The notes: generated by a model from the sequence alone, not told the origin. Numbered from the stretch's first letter, positions 1 through 10,419 are shown. The stretch: 64,000 nucleotides of DNA from Ranitomeya imitator (GCF_032444005.1 NC_091288.1:203608001-203672000); one strand, 5' to 3'. Translations and numbers: made by a program.

Positions 1-1316
1 AAAGCTTGTAAGTCACTCACTCTCCTAGCAGAGGTTAGGGCTACTAGGAAGGCTGTTTTTAAGGTTAAATTTTTAATGGAGACAGAATCTATTGGCTCAA
101 AGGGGGCTTCTGTTAAGGCGTCTAAAACCAAATTTAGATCCCATGGTGGTAATCTAGGAATATATACTGGGTTACTACGTTCAGTGGCCCTGATAAATCG
201 GGAAACCCATCTATTTCCCGCCACATCACTGTTATATAACGCTCCCAAAGCTGATACTTGGACTCTAAGGGTATTTACCGCCAAGCCCAATTCTCGGCCC
301 CTCTGTAAAAACTCCAGAATAGCCGGAATTGGGACCTTGCCAGAAAAGGGATTTTGGTAGAAGGCAAGGAACTTTTTCCAAGTTTTAGCATAGATTTTAG
401 TGGTAACTTCTTTCCGGCTATTTAAAAGGGTAGATATGAGAGCTTCTGAAAACCCTCTTCTCCTCAATAACTCCCTCTCAAATTCCACGCCGTCAGATGC
501 AGGGATTTCACATTGGGGTAACGGAATGGACCCTGAGAAAGAAGCTCCGGGCTGGTCGGCAGTACCCAGGGGTCGGACACAGACATTGCCCTGAGTAACG
601 AGAACCATGCCCTCCTGGGCCAAAAGGGGGCAATCAGGATCACTCTCGCCCTGTCCTCCCTGATCTTCCTGAGGACTAACGGGATCAGACACATTGGAGG
701 GAACGCGTAAGCTAGAGGAAAATTCCAGTGTATTTGAAGGGAGTCTATTATACAGGGCTTGTCCGCCACCCGAAGAGAAGCGAACTTCCTGGTCTGCCTG
801 TTCTCTCTCGTTGCGAATAGATCGATAACGGGCAATCCCCACAGGTCCACTATCTGTCTGAACACCCGTCGATCTAGAACCCATTCTCCCTGACGTAGAG
901 AATGACGGCTGAGGTAATCTGCCTCTGTGTTGAGCTCTCCCCGAATGTGCACAGCTGATAGAGAGCGAAAGTGGGCTTCGGCTATTTCGAGTATGTCTGT
1001 GGCGGTGTTCATTAGGGATCTTGACCTTGTACCCCCTTGATGGTTGAGATACGCCACTACTGTTGTGTTGTCTGTCTGGACTCTTACATGTGAATCCTGC
1101 AGAGATGGAAGCAACCTGAGTAAGGCCTTCTTCACTGCCGTGAGCTCTTTCCAGTTTGAGGACTCTTGAGCCTCTAAGAGAGACCATTGCCCTTGAGTCC
1201 AGACATCTCCTATGTGAGCTCCCCAACCTATCGGACTGGCATCGGTTGTGACCGTGTTGTCTGGTACTACACTCCAGCGTACTCCTTTCCCTAAATGTCT
1301 TCTGTTTAACCACCAT
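1..1316 (-). CDS. DIRS tyrosine recombinase (ORF3), 3'-truncated by the window edge; not in the ORF track
   Basis: Manual translation: the frame is stop-free from 1424 to base 1, first ATG at 1316. It ends ...PPWDLNLVLDALTEAPFEP...KTAFLVALTSARRVSDLQA, containing the catalytic Arg box typical of DIRS recombinases. Confidence 0.9.
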   Translation of the reverse strand, partial: MVVKQKTFRERSTLECSTRQHGHNRCQSDRLGSSHRRCLDSRAMVSLRGSRVLKLERAHGSEEGLTQVASISAGFTCKSPDRQHNSSGVSQPSRGYKVKIPNEHRHRHTRNSRSPLSLSISCAHSGRAQHRGRLPQPSFSTSGRMGSRSTGVQTDSGPVGIARYRSIRNEREQADQEVRFSSGGGQALYNRLPSNTLEFSSSLRVPSNVSDPVSPQEDQGGQGESDPDCPLLAQEGMVLVTQGNVCVRPLGTADQPGASFSGSIPLPQCEIPASDGVEFERELLRRRGFSEALISTLLNSRKEVTTKIYAKTWKKFLAFYQNPFSGKVPIPAILEFLQRGRELGLAVNTLRVQVSALGALYNSDVAGNRWVSRFIRATERSNPVYIPRLPPWDLNLVLDALTEAPFEPIDSVSIKNLTLKTAFLVALTSARRVSDLQA

Positions 1317-2542
1317 CTCAGACTGTGTAGAGTGGTGGTGGAGAGCCTGAGTCTTCCGCCTAATTGCCCTTGAAGACTTCTCTCTGTATCCAAGACTTGG
1401 GCCTGTAACACTCGAGTGTGGAATTCAGCCCACTGGACGGCTGGTATGCAGGACGTTAGAGATCCCAGAAGGGACATAGCGTCTCTTAAAGTCAGATCTG
1501 GCTTCCTTGTTACCGTACTGATTACAACCCTCTGCTTTTTCTCCTCCGGAAGGAAACATTGTTGCACTTCCGAATCCAGCAGAATACCTAGGAAAGTCTG
1601 AGTTGTTGATGGGTCGAGTCTTGACTTCTCCATATTGACTATCCAACCCAAGTCCTGTAAGGAAGATATGACATGATTTAGGCGAGTACTACACTGGCCA
1701 AAGGAATTTCCTACTACCAGGAAGTCATCCAAGTAGGGTATAATTAACGTATCCTGTTCCCTGACATAGGCCATTACTTCTGCCATGACTTTAGTAAACA
1801 CCCTTGGTGCCATAGATAGACCAAAGGGCATTGCAGCAAACTGAAAGTGTCTGACCTGGTCGTTTAAGCGCACCGCCATTCTGAGGAATTGTTGATGATC
1901 CAGGTGAATGGGCAGATGGTAATACGCATCTTTTAAATCCAGGCCTGTCATATAACATCTGGGAAAGAGAAGATTAGTTGCCGTTTTAATAGATTCCATC
2001 TTAAAGGCATGATACTCTAGATGTTTGTTTAATCTCCGTAAGTTTATGATGGTTCTAAAGGATCCATCTGGCTTGGAGATTAAAAATAAAGGGGAATAGA
2101 ACCCTTTCCCCTGTTGATGTTTTGGAACCTCCACTATGACTTTCTTCCGTCTTAGCATTTGGACCTCTTTTTCAAGGGCCTTTTGTTGGTCTAAGGAATC
2201 AGGGGCAGTTAAGATATAAAATTCAGAAGGTCTTTCCCGGAACTCTAATTTTAACCCTGAATTGATTATACCTAGAACCCAATTGCTCGAAGTTATTTTG
2301 GCCCATTGAGCATGGAAGTATTTTAACCTGCCCCCTACTGGAAGATTTCTATTAACGATAGTTTCTTCTTCTTCTTGAGGAAGATGACGAAGCGTTAAAG
2401 TCCGAACCTTTCTTTTTTGGGTCTGATGGTTCCCAGTCTCGGTTGTGGTAAGGTCTTCGGTATTGGAAGCGTCTCCTGAAGGTATTCCTAAAGGTAGGAT
2501 TGAAAGCTTTAGGAAAACCTTTCTTCCTATCCTCAGCCTTAG
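464..2542 (-). CDS. DIRS pol: reverse transcriptase / RNase H with C-terminal extension
   Basis: The ORF track gives 464..2158 with LDLKDAY, PFGL, YLDD and TDAS..GWG motifs. The frame is open upstream to a TAG at 2543-2545 and includes PVGGRL..F...W..IT...WVL, the usual DIRS pol N-terminus. First ATG at 2158. Confidence 0.93.
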   Translation of the reverse strand, partial: LRLRIGRKVFLKLSILPLGIPSGDASNTEDLTTTETGNHQTQKRKVRTLTLRHLPQEEEETIVNRNLPVGGRLKYFHAQWAKITSSNWVLGIINSGLKLEFRERPSEFYILTAPDSLDQQKALEKEVQMLRRKKVIVEVPKHQQGKGFYSPLFLISKPDGSFRTIINLRRLNKHLEYHAFKMESIKTATNLLFPRCYMTGLDLKDAYYHLPIHLDHQQFLRMAVRLNDQVRHFQFAAMPFGLSMAPRVFTKVMAEVMAYVREQDTLIIPYLDDFLVVGNSFGQCSTRLNHVISSLQDLGWIVNMEKSRLDPSTTQTFLGILLDSEVQQCFLPEEKKQRVVISTVTRKPDLTLRDAMSLLGSLTSCIPAVQWAEFHTRVLQAQVLDTERSLQGQLGGRLRLSTTTLHSLRWWLNRRHLGKGVRWSVVPDNTVTTDASPIGWGAHIGDVWTQGQWSLLEAQESSNWKELTAVKKALLRLLPSLQDSHVRVQTDNTTVVAYLNHQGGTRSRSLMNTATDILEIAEAHFRSLSAVHIRGELNTEADYLSRHSLRQGEWVLDRRVFRQIVDLWGLPVIDLFATRENRQTRKFASLRVADKPCIIDSLQIHWNFPLAYAFPPMCLIPLVLRKIREDRARVILIAPFWPRRAWFSLLRAMSVSDPWVLPTSPELLSQGPFRYPNVKSLHLTAWNLRGSY

Positions 2543-3564
2543 CTAGGATATCATCCAATACCGGGCCAAACAGGTACTCACCCCTACACGGTATTGTACA
2601 CAGTTTAGCTTTCGCCTGGGCATCCCCTTTCCAGGTCTTAAGCCATAGGGCTCGGCGAGCAGCATTTGAGAGACCTGCTGATCTTGCCGCCAATTTTAAA
2701 GAATCCACTGACGCGTCCGCTAAATACGCCACCCCTTCACGTATTTGCGAAAGTGAGTTCAACATCTTGTCTCTGGGCACTTTGGACTTCAGCTGTTCTT
2801 CCAGTTGGGATATCCACACCATGACGGATATAGCCATACACGTGCTAGAGATAGCAGGTTTGAACGCCCCTGCAGTTGATTCCCATACTTTCCTCAAAAA
2901 CATGTCCGCCTTCCTATCTGATGGGTCTTTCAGAAGGCCCACATCCTCCAGCGGCAAGGTACCGGCTTTAGATGTAGAAGCCACCGCTGCATCCACTTTC
3001 GGGACTTTCATCCACTCTGCCAGCTCATTATCTTCAAAGGGATACCTTCTTTTAGCTGATGACGGAAGGAAACCCTTATCCTGCTTATCCCATTCTCTTT
3101 TTATAAGAGTCTTAACCGTATCCACCACCGGGAACGCCTTACGACTCCTCTGGCACAAGCCCGCAAACATTATGTCCTGTGCGGACCTTGGTTCCTTGCT
3201 CTCTGCAACACCCATGGTAGCTCGGACTCCTTTAACTAACATGTCCATGTTGTCCACCGAGAAACAAGGCCTTCCCTCTTCATCTGAGGAGGATGGAGAT
3301 GAGGAGCGGGAACATTCCCCTTCTTGCAGGGACAGGCTAGATCCTGGCAATATGTCCCTGCCCGACCTTTCCTGGCGGCTGCCTCTAAGGGAATAGCTAA
3401 TTTCTTCCCTGATGACCGCTCTAAGGTCTGATGACCGAAGGGGAGCTTCCTCTTCTAAGGTCTGAGATATGCACGCCTGACACAGCCTTTTGGTATAACT
3501 GTCAGGCATTGGTGTCATGCATAGAGCACATTGCTTGTGCTTAGATTTTGTGGTCTTTTTTTCC
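2352..3564 (-). CDS. DIRS gag-like ORF1, exon 2 (CxxC..CxxC finger, basic C-terminus)
   Basis: The track ORF starts at a GTG, not an ATG. An acceptor TTTGTGCTTTGTTTTAG precedes 3564. The protein has CALC...CQAC and ends in an Arg/Ser-rich tail. Confidence 0.85.
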
Positions 3565-3623
3565 CTAAAACAAAGCACAAATAACAGACCATATCAGCAC
3601 CAGGTGTCTGATTTAACACTCAC

Positions 3624-3808
3624 CATAAGGCTGATCCTGTGAATACCGGTTCTGGAGGAGTAGGATCCAAATGTGACGCTGGGGCGCTCGGACGCTGCTG
3701 CCCCCGTACCACGCTGCTGCTGCTTCTCCTTGAGCGGCCGCTACCGCTCTTACTGCGCTGTTCCGTTCCCTCTCCATGAGGGTGCTCGGCGTTCCCTACT
3801 GAGGACAT
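3624..3808 (-). CDS. Putative DIRS gag exon 1 (MSSVGNAEHP...GSALW)
   Basis: ATG in ACCATG context at 3808 and donor TG|GTGAGT at 3623. Phase matches the acceptor at 3565 (TG+G=Trp, then EKKTTK). Confidence 0.65.
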
Positions 3809-4257
3809 GGTTGCGCGCCTCCTATCCTAGGCGTCGCTCTTTTACAGCGCTGCAGCGCTCCTCCCCCGGCTTACCCCGGAAGCGTACCAACTACTTCCGG
3901 GTTCACCAGCGCCGGTGTGGACGCTGCACACCGCGCTCAACCGCGGACCAGGACGGCACTGCCCGACTCCTGGGACGCGCTCCTCATGGCCAGACGAGGG
4001 GGGTCTGCTCGCAGGACACCCCCGACGCTGTTTCCGAGCCCCCGATTCCGCCGTTCCTAAAAGACACCGCGCGGAGGCATGGAGGCCCGGGTAAGACTGC
4101 TGATCCTGCAGGCTCCCGCCGTCCGGACAGGAACCCAAACTGGAGTGGTGAGGGGGACCGCCCCTTTAAATCCTGTAGGTTCCTGTCCGGAAGGTGGGTG
4201 GATCCCCTCTCTCGTAGGGGTGCTGTCGTGGCGATAGGAAAAAAAATGTGTTATTAA

Positions 4258-4548
4258 TAGTGATGAGCGAGTGTACTCGTTGTTTGGGTTTTCCCGAGAA
4301 CGCTCGGGTGATCTCCAAGTACTTGTTAGTGTTCGGAGACTTAGTTTTCATCGCGGCAGCTGAATGATTTACAGCTACTACCCAGCCTGAGTACATGTGG
4401 GGGTTGCCTGGTTGCTAGGGAATCCCCACATGTAATCAAGCTGGCTAGTAGCTGTAAATCATTCAGCTGCCGTGATGAAAACTAAATCTCCGAGCAGTTA
4501 CAAATACTCGGAGACCACCCGAGCAACAAGCATATTCGCCCATCACTA
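4258..4548. mobile_element. Palindromic MITE, about 290 bp
   Basis: Ends TAGTGATGAGCGA / TCGCCCATCACTA with internal inverted arms. A second, truncated copy lies at 17961-18185. Confidence 0.8.
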
Positions 4549-4599
4549 GTTATTAACAAAGTTGTGTCAGAAGTTATATACGCCATGTGTAGTCCTTAC

Positions 4600-4778
4600 C
4601 TGGAACAGCAAGCCACTGGCTCATGGCGGCTACTGCTGTGCTCTGAACCTTTTCCTCAGTGACAAGCTTATCCACAAGGCCAATTTTCAGTGCATCGGGG
4701 GCTGGATACATCTGGCCTAGCTGGAGAGACTGTTCGGTTACACGATTGCCTACGGTGTTGACCATGGTTTCCTTGAAC
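4600..4778 (-). CDS. ECI1: Enoyl-CoA delta isomerase 1, exon 6 (179 nt)
   Basis: FKETMVNTVGNRVTEQSLQLGQMYPAPDALKIGLVDKLV...QWLAVP, bounded by AG/GT, phases 2/1. Confidence 0.95.
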
Positions 4779-5446
4779 CTGAGCGAAATATAGGAAGTTG
4801 TGAATACATTGTTAGAGCTCATCTCAAAGGCAAAACAAAAACGTAAAGGGAGTCTGTCTGATGGTTTGTGCCTATAATAATCTAAAACCTTGTATCATGC
4901 ATGCCTCAGGTAGTGAACTTACAATCTATGAAGGTCCCCTCTCTACTGTGGGCAATTGCCTCACTGCTCACTGACTTAGTGTATGTTCACACATCACTTC
5001 TTTTATTTCTGCACCAAAAACCAAAGTAGTGGTAGGAAAAACAATGCAAACAATGCACATTTTAATTGCATTTTTGCCAATTTATTTCAGTGGGTGAAAA
5101 GAATAACACAAATTGATTTGCTGATCTTGAAAAAAAAAAAAAAAACACACGCAACAGGGATGAAAATACCAGCAGAGGGAAAAAATGCAGCATGTGGATA
5201 AGATTTCAGAAATCTTATCGATTATGCTGGTACTGTAAAACGCTGCATAAAATACGCAGCAAAACACCAGGTATGAATATACGCTTGCTGCATACAACAG
5301 GGAGGCCTACAGCTAATAAAGTAGAGTGCATATGCCTTGCTGGAAATACAAAGCACATTCACGAGATTTCAGTACAGATTGCAGTGACTGTCGCAATGGT
5401 GTAGTCCTCAGTAAAGAGCAAGGGGGAAGCATTAGGCAGGGATTAA

Positions 5447-6050
5447 AGGTACCTTCACACTAAACGATATCGCTAGCGATCTGTGACGTTGCAGCGTCCT
5501 GGCTAGCGATATCGTTCAGTTTGACACACAGCAGCGATCAGAATCCTGCTGTGATGTCGTTGGTCGGGGCTGGAAGGCCAGAACTTTATTTGGTCGCTGG
5601 CTCTCCCGCTGACATCGCTGAATCGGCGTGTGACGCCGATTCAGCGATGTCTTCGCTGGTAACCAGGGTAAACATCGGGTTACTAAGCGCAGGGCCGCGC
5701 TTAGTAACCCGATGTTTACCCTGGTTACCATCCTAAAAGTAAAAAAAACAAACGCTTCATACTTACCTTCCGCTGTCTGTCCTCCGGCGCTGTGCTTTCC
5801 TGCACTCACTGTGAGCACAGCGGCCGGAAAGCAGAGCGGTGAAGTTCATTCTCTGTCCTCCGTAGTACATGCCTGCACAAGACAATCTTGCCTTGCGCAG
5901 GCGTGTACTATGGAGGACAGAGAATGAACTTCAATCCAATATTGCAGCCAGCATGCAGCCAGCGGGTAAGGAAAGGGTGAATCAAAAACCCCCAAACCCC
6001 GCCTCCATGGCTGAAGATTGTTCCCTCCAAATTCAGGTGACAGTGTCCCT
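5447..6050. mobile_element. Fused MITE fragments: Harbinger-like left part and a T2-like right end ending GTGACAGTGTCCCT-TTAA
   Basis: Internal palindromes at 5447-5830. 5836-6050 is the reverse-complement homologue of 31045-31250. Confidence 0.6.
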
Positions 6051-6267
6051 TTAAGTGTGGGGACTGTGGGAGCCGTTGGAGGACTTGTCAGATCATTAAC
6101 ACCATGGAACAAAATAGATTTTCCTTACAATGATAAAAAGGTTCACACAAAGAGCACTTGTAATTATATGAACAATGAAAAAGATCAGATTTCAGACGCA
6201 CCCTCAGTGTTGGGTAAGGTCAGAAGAAACATATCATTAATTTATTTCTGCAAAATTCATACATTAC

Positions 6268-6389
6268 CAGAACGGAGCAACTATGCCAAGTTGGGTCTCG
6301 TTCAAGCCAATGGCAAATTTTGGATTGTCAGCCATAATTCTGTAATCGCAACACATTGCCATGAGGCAGCCACCGGCAGGGCTGGAACC
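6268..6389 (-). CDS. ECI1: ECI1 exon 5 (122 nt)
   Basis: GSSPAGGCLMAMCCDYRIMADNPKFAIGLNETQLGIVAPFW, the crotonase-family PAGG and GLNE motifs, AG/GT bounded. Confidence 0.95.
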
Positions 6390-6746
6390 CTGTGTAATTA
6401 AAGGATGTGATTAGTGCCTTATATTGAAATTATATTGTCACTGTTTTCTAAAATATTTGAGGTTTTCACTTGATTGCAAGCTGATGGGGAGATTTTTATA
6501 TAATGCACAAGTCTGAACTGTAGTTGGGTCATGACATTTTTTTCCATACGGATATATTCTAGGAACAGAAGAAAATTACTGGAATACTTTTCTAACTATA
6601 ATAAATACATCTTAAAGGGGTTCTGTAATAAATAGGACAAGCACAATTCCTGCATTATGGCAGATATGCGATGATGGGAAGTCATTGGTGCATAAGTGGG
6701 CAGCGCTGGAGAGTCTCACCAATGTCAATGGGACCGAAACACTTAC

Positions 6747-6893
6747 ATTGATGGCTGCGATCGTCACCATATTGGACCCATATAACTTCAGCCACATTTC
6801 CTGCACAGCTCTCCAGAAAGCGGCGTAGTGCTCAGCACTTTTCCTACACATCTCTGTGATGTCCAGCCCAGCAGAGAAGATTTTGGGAAATGC
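6747..6893 (-). CDS. ECI1: ECI1 exon 4 (147 nt)
   Basis: AFPKIFSAGLDITEMCRKSAEHYAAFWRAVQEMWLKLYGSNMVTIAAIN, FSAGLD motif, donor GTAAGT. Confidence 0.95.
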
Positions 6894-6991
6894 CTGGAAT
6901 AAAAAAGGAAAAAGAAAAATATAAAAAATGTTTTATATTTACAGTATTTAAACACATTTCTTGATCTTTAGACTATTACTTTAATTGCTCC

Positions 6992-7703
6992 TTAACCAAA
7001 TAATTTACTGTTTTTCCCCCCCACTTTTGTTTTTCCTCCCTTTCTCCCACCCCCTCCCAAACCCTACGTTTTTATTTTTGGGGTCAAAGAAGTCACATGA
7101 AGGATTGCTTTTTTTGCCTGATGAGTTGTAGGTTTGAACGACGCCATTAATTTTACCATAAAATCCACTGGAAAACTGAGGGGGATTGGCAAATAAATTC
7201 TATTTTATTAATAATGATAATAATAATAAAAAAAAATTTTTTTTGAATTTTTGGGGAGTTTTAATTGTGTTCTTTGCTTTACATCGTTTTCCATACAGTT
7301 TGCACAAATAATAGATTTTGATAGCTCAGACTGTTACTGACGGGTTCCTTAGGGCCTACAACCTGCAAGCTTCTGATGACTACAGTATTACAGCATGTAG
7401 TTAAATTGATAGTCTCCCAAGATGATAGCTATGGGGCCCCTGGTAATCTGTGGCATCCCACAAACACATAGCGGAGGAGGCTGATGGGTGTCCAAAATGG
7501 AATACATGACTAAAATGCCGCTGTCAGAGACTAACAGTTGCATTTAAATGGTTAACAGCAGTTATCAGACCGATGCTGAAAGAGGTGAATGTCGCCTGTA
7601 TAGCACAGCTGGCACCTGCCATGTGTGCAGAGGGCTCAGCTCTTGATCTCGCTCCATGCACCGCTACCCGATTTACATGTGCGTTACATCTGGGAGGGGT
7701 TAA
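6992..7703. mobile_element. Degenerate non-autonomous TTAA-type (piggyBac-like) element; related AT-rich fragments near 9570-9990, 18230-18520, 33700-35080 and 41700-42250
   Basis: Ends GGGGTTAA. Shares blocks such as GTTAACAGC and CTGTCA(G/A)AGA with 35030-35070. Confidence 0.45.
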
Positions 7704-7937
7704 AATAATACATAAGCCAAAACAGTGAAATTCCTTTAATCCAGAAAGCCCCCCAAACTGGCCCTTGTTTCAAACACCGAATTAATATGATATGGAATTT
7801 CACATTATAGCACAACCAGATTTGCTTGCATGGGAGAAAGCTGCTAAGCCATTTGGGGTGATAGGAGTCAGCCCCCCCTTCAATCTGATATTCTAAGAAT
7901 ATGTAAAATATATAAAAGTCCTAGAAACCCCCTTTAA

Positions 7938-8528
7938 AGGGAACCTGTCACCCCCAAAATCGAAGGTGAGCTAAGCCCACTGGCATCAGGGTCTTATCTA
8001 CAGTATTCTGTAATGCTGTAGATAAATCCCCGATGTATCCTGAAAGATGAGAAAAAGAGGTTATATTATACTCACCTGGGGGAACGTCGTGGTCGGTGTC
8101 TCCCATCTTCATAGGAGGACGTCCTCTTGTCTTCAGGCTGCGGCTCCGGCGCAGGCGTACTTTGTCTGCTCTGTTGAGGGCAGAGCAAAGTACTGCAGTG
8201 CGCAGGCGCCAGGCCTCTCTGACCTTTCCAGGCACCTGAGCACTGCAGTACTTTGCTCTGCCCTCAACAAGACAGACAAAGTACGCCTGCGCCGGAGCAT
8301 GAAGACAAGAAGAGGATATCATCGTAAGAAGATAGGAGACCCCCGACTGGACCGCCCATCGGACCGGAGCAGAACCGGGACCGCCCCTGGGTGAGTATAA
8401 TCTAACCTCTTTTTCTCATCTTTCAGGATACATCGGGGGCTTATCTACAGCATTACAGAATGCTGTAGATAAGCCTCTGATGCCGGTGGGCTTAGCTCAC
8501 CTTCGATTTTGGGGGTGACAGGTTCCCT
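7938..8528. mobile_element. T2/Kolobok-type MITE, 591 bp
   Basis: TTAA duplication (7934-7937, 8529-8532). TIR AGGGAACCTGTCACCCCCAAAATCG with long internal inverted arms. Confidence 0.9.
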
Positions 8529-8584
8529 TTAATGGGATTTATCATCAGGCATTACAGTAGTGTGGTACAAGTTGCAGCACCTAC

Positions 8585-8712
8585 AGAAGTTAGGATAACC
8601 CCCCGGCAGCCGCGGTCGATTTCCAGCTTCTCCAGACTTATAGAGAATTCTGTCAGGACGTCCAGGCTGAGGCTGTTCACTGGCGGGTTCTTCATTTTCA
8701 TGACTGCCACCC
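8585..8712 (-). CDS. ECI1: ECI1 exon 3 (128 nt)
   Basis: GVAVMKMKNPPVNSLSLDVLTEFSISLEKLEIDRGCRGVILTS, AG/GT bounded. Confidence 0.95.
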
Positions 8713-9067
8713 CTGAGAGACATACAAAGCTTCATTATTTCTTCCTTATCAGAAACATGAGACTTCAGCTGTGACCTTTGATCAAAAAGCAAATCACCCA
8801 AAGCAGAAACCAATTACTTTTTTTTTAAAGTTTTGTTGCAAGGTATTAGGTATTAGACTACTTTTATTACCAATATGAGGAATGCTGATGACAGAATGTG
8901 ATGGGATAGCCATTTATGCAAATTTATAATGGGTTTTACAAAGGTGTAACTTTACTTACAAAATATAAAATGTGTACCAGAGATATATAAGGACAGCGGG
9001 GGAGCAATAATATATATACATAATATATATATTTTATTTTCCATGTGACTATATTTGGGAGCCATAC

Positions 9068-9172
9068 CTGTTGATTCATCCAGTTCCACCAAAACCTTCT
9101 CATTACTGAATGGTCTCCGGCTCTGGTAGTGTTGCCATGATGCCAGCCCACCTTTTCGGATGTAGAACGAGC
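9068..9172 (-). CDS. ECI1: ECI1 exon 2 (105 nt)
   Basis: GSFYIRKGGLASWQHYQSRRPFSNEKVLVELDESTG, AG/GT bounded, phases 1/1 fit exons 1 and 3. Confidence 0.85.
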
Positions 9173-9269
9173 CTGCAGAATGAAGACGGTAATCAAACAT
9201 CTCTTCACCATTTGTATTACTGTAGAGAAGTCTCTCTGAATTTGCCTAAAAAAAACGTTTCACATAGTG

Positions 9270-9555
9270 TTTGCTTCACAAACCACACTGCGTTGTGTGA
9301 ACCCGTTACACGGACGTTACACCGCGGCATAACGCGGTGTAACGTAGTCCGTTAACGCCGCCATTGCTTGCAATGGCGAACGCATCGGTAGCGCATGCCC
9401 ATAATGGGCGTGCGCTAGCGATGTGCCGTCATTTGAGTGACGGACCTCGAACGCTGCTTGCACAAAAAAAGGTTACATGGAACTTTTTTTGTGTCGACGG
9501 TCCGCCAAAACACGACGCATCCGTCGCACCACGGATGCGACGTGTGGCCATACGT
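9270..9555. mobile_element. Harbinger-like MITE fragments
   Basis: Short palindromes. Shares GATGTGCCGTCATT and GGACCTCGxACGCTGC with 32410-32952. Confidence 0.5.
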
Positions 9556-10367
9556 CTGAATGCTTTTTCTTCCCTCACATTTCTCATTCCCCTCAAAAGT
9601 GGGATAAAAATTATCAAAACATCATGTACCCCAAAAATTATATCAATAAGTAGTACAGCTTGCTACTCGAGACAAACAGTCCCTCAAAAAGAAAAACGGG
9701 TCTCCAAAAATGGTGGCACAAACCTAAATTTTTAGTATTTTTTGGAAAGGTTTAAAAATTTGTGAAGCCGCTAAAACTACATGTTTGGTATTGCTGTAAT
9801 TATACAGATCAGGAAAAATCATAATAAATGTCATATCAAAATCTACAAAAATTAATGGTGGAATTGCATTTCACCTCACTTGGAAATATTTTTCACGTAG
9901 TTCAGTACACAGGACAGTGAATGGTGTCATTAAAAATGACAACTTGTCAAATAAAAAAAAACAAGTCTTGTAGGGCTCTGCTAACAGAATTTATTTATTT
10001 TTTTTTAGAAAATGGGGACATTGATAAATATTGGCGGATATGACATAAATATTGAGTTATTTTATGTAACTGCCATATTTGTTACCACAGTACATGGAGC
10101 AATGGCTGCCATTCAAGAACACTAGTATTACTGAGATCTGTCATTACGTGGCACGTCTCCATGGTGGAGCAGCGTGCCCTCTAATGACAGATGTGAGGGC
10201 AATGGTGAGGAGAGGAGAGGGAGCCCGGCTTTCTCAATGTCACTTGAGTGATTTAGCCGCTTATAACGCGCAAAACCGCGGGGCTGAGGTGATTTTGGCG
10301 CCACCAGAGCGGGCCGTGAGCGCTAGGAAAGTGGCGCTCGATTTGGGCGGGAAACAACAACACGCAC

Positions 10368-10419
10368 CTGACAGAAGCCGGGCGGGAGCCGAGCTCCTCA
10401 GCACAGCCTGCGCCGCCAT
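10368..10419 (-). CDS. ECI1: ECI1 exon 1 (52 nt coding; mitochondrial presequence MAAQAVLRSSAPARLLS)
   Basis: CAAGATGGCGGCG start, donor CAG|GTGCGT, phase 1, GC-rich context. Confidence 0.85.

Larger units (their letters stand above)
1..4246 (-). mobile_element. DIRS1-like tyrosine-recombinase retrotransposon, 5' end near 4246, 3' part runs off the window start
   Basis: Ordered gag, RT/RNaseH and tyrosine recombinase ORFs on the minus strand. The 5' terminus is TTTTTTTTCCTATCGCC, and DIRS elements typically start with a T-run. It lies downstream of ECI1 exon 6. Confidence 0.95.

Noticed and set aside
2412-2418. A-AAA-AAG slippery heptamer near the gag end
   Set aside because: It would cause a -1 shift, but pol is in the +1 frame relative to gag.
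2500-3396. 298-aa plus-strand ORF (also 3673..4257)
   Set aside because: Antisense shadow of gag and of the GC-rich leader, with no recognisable motifs.
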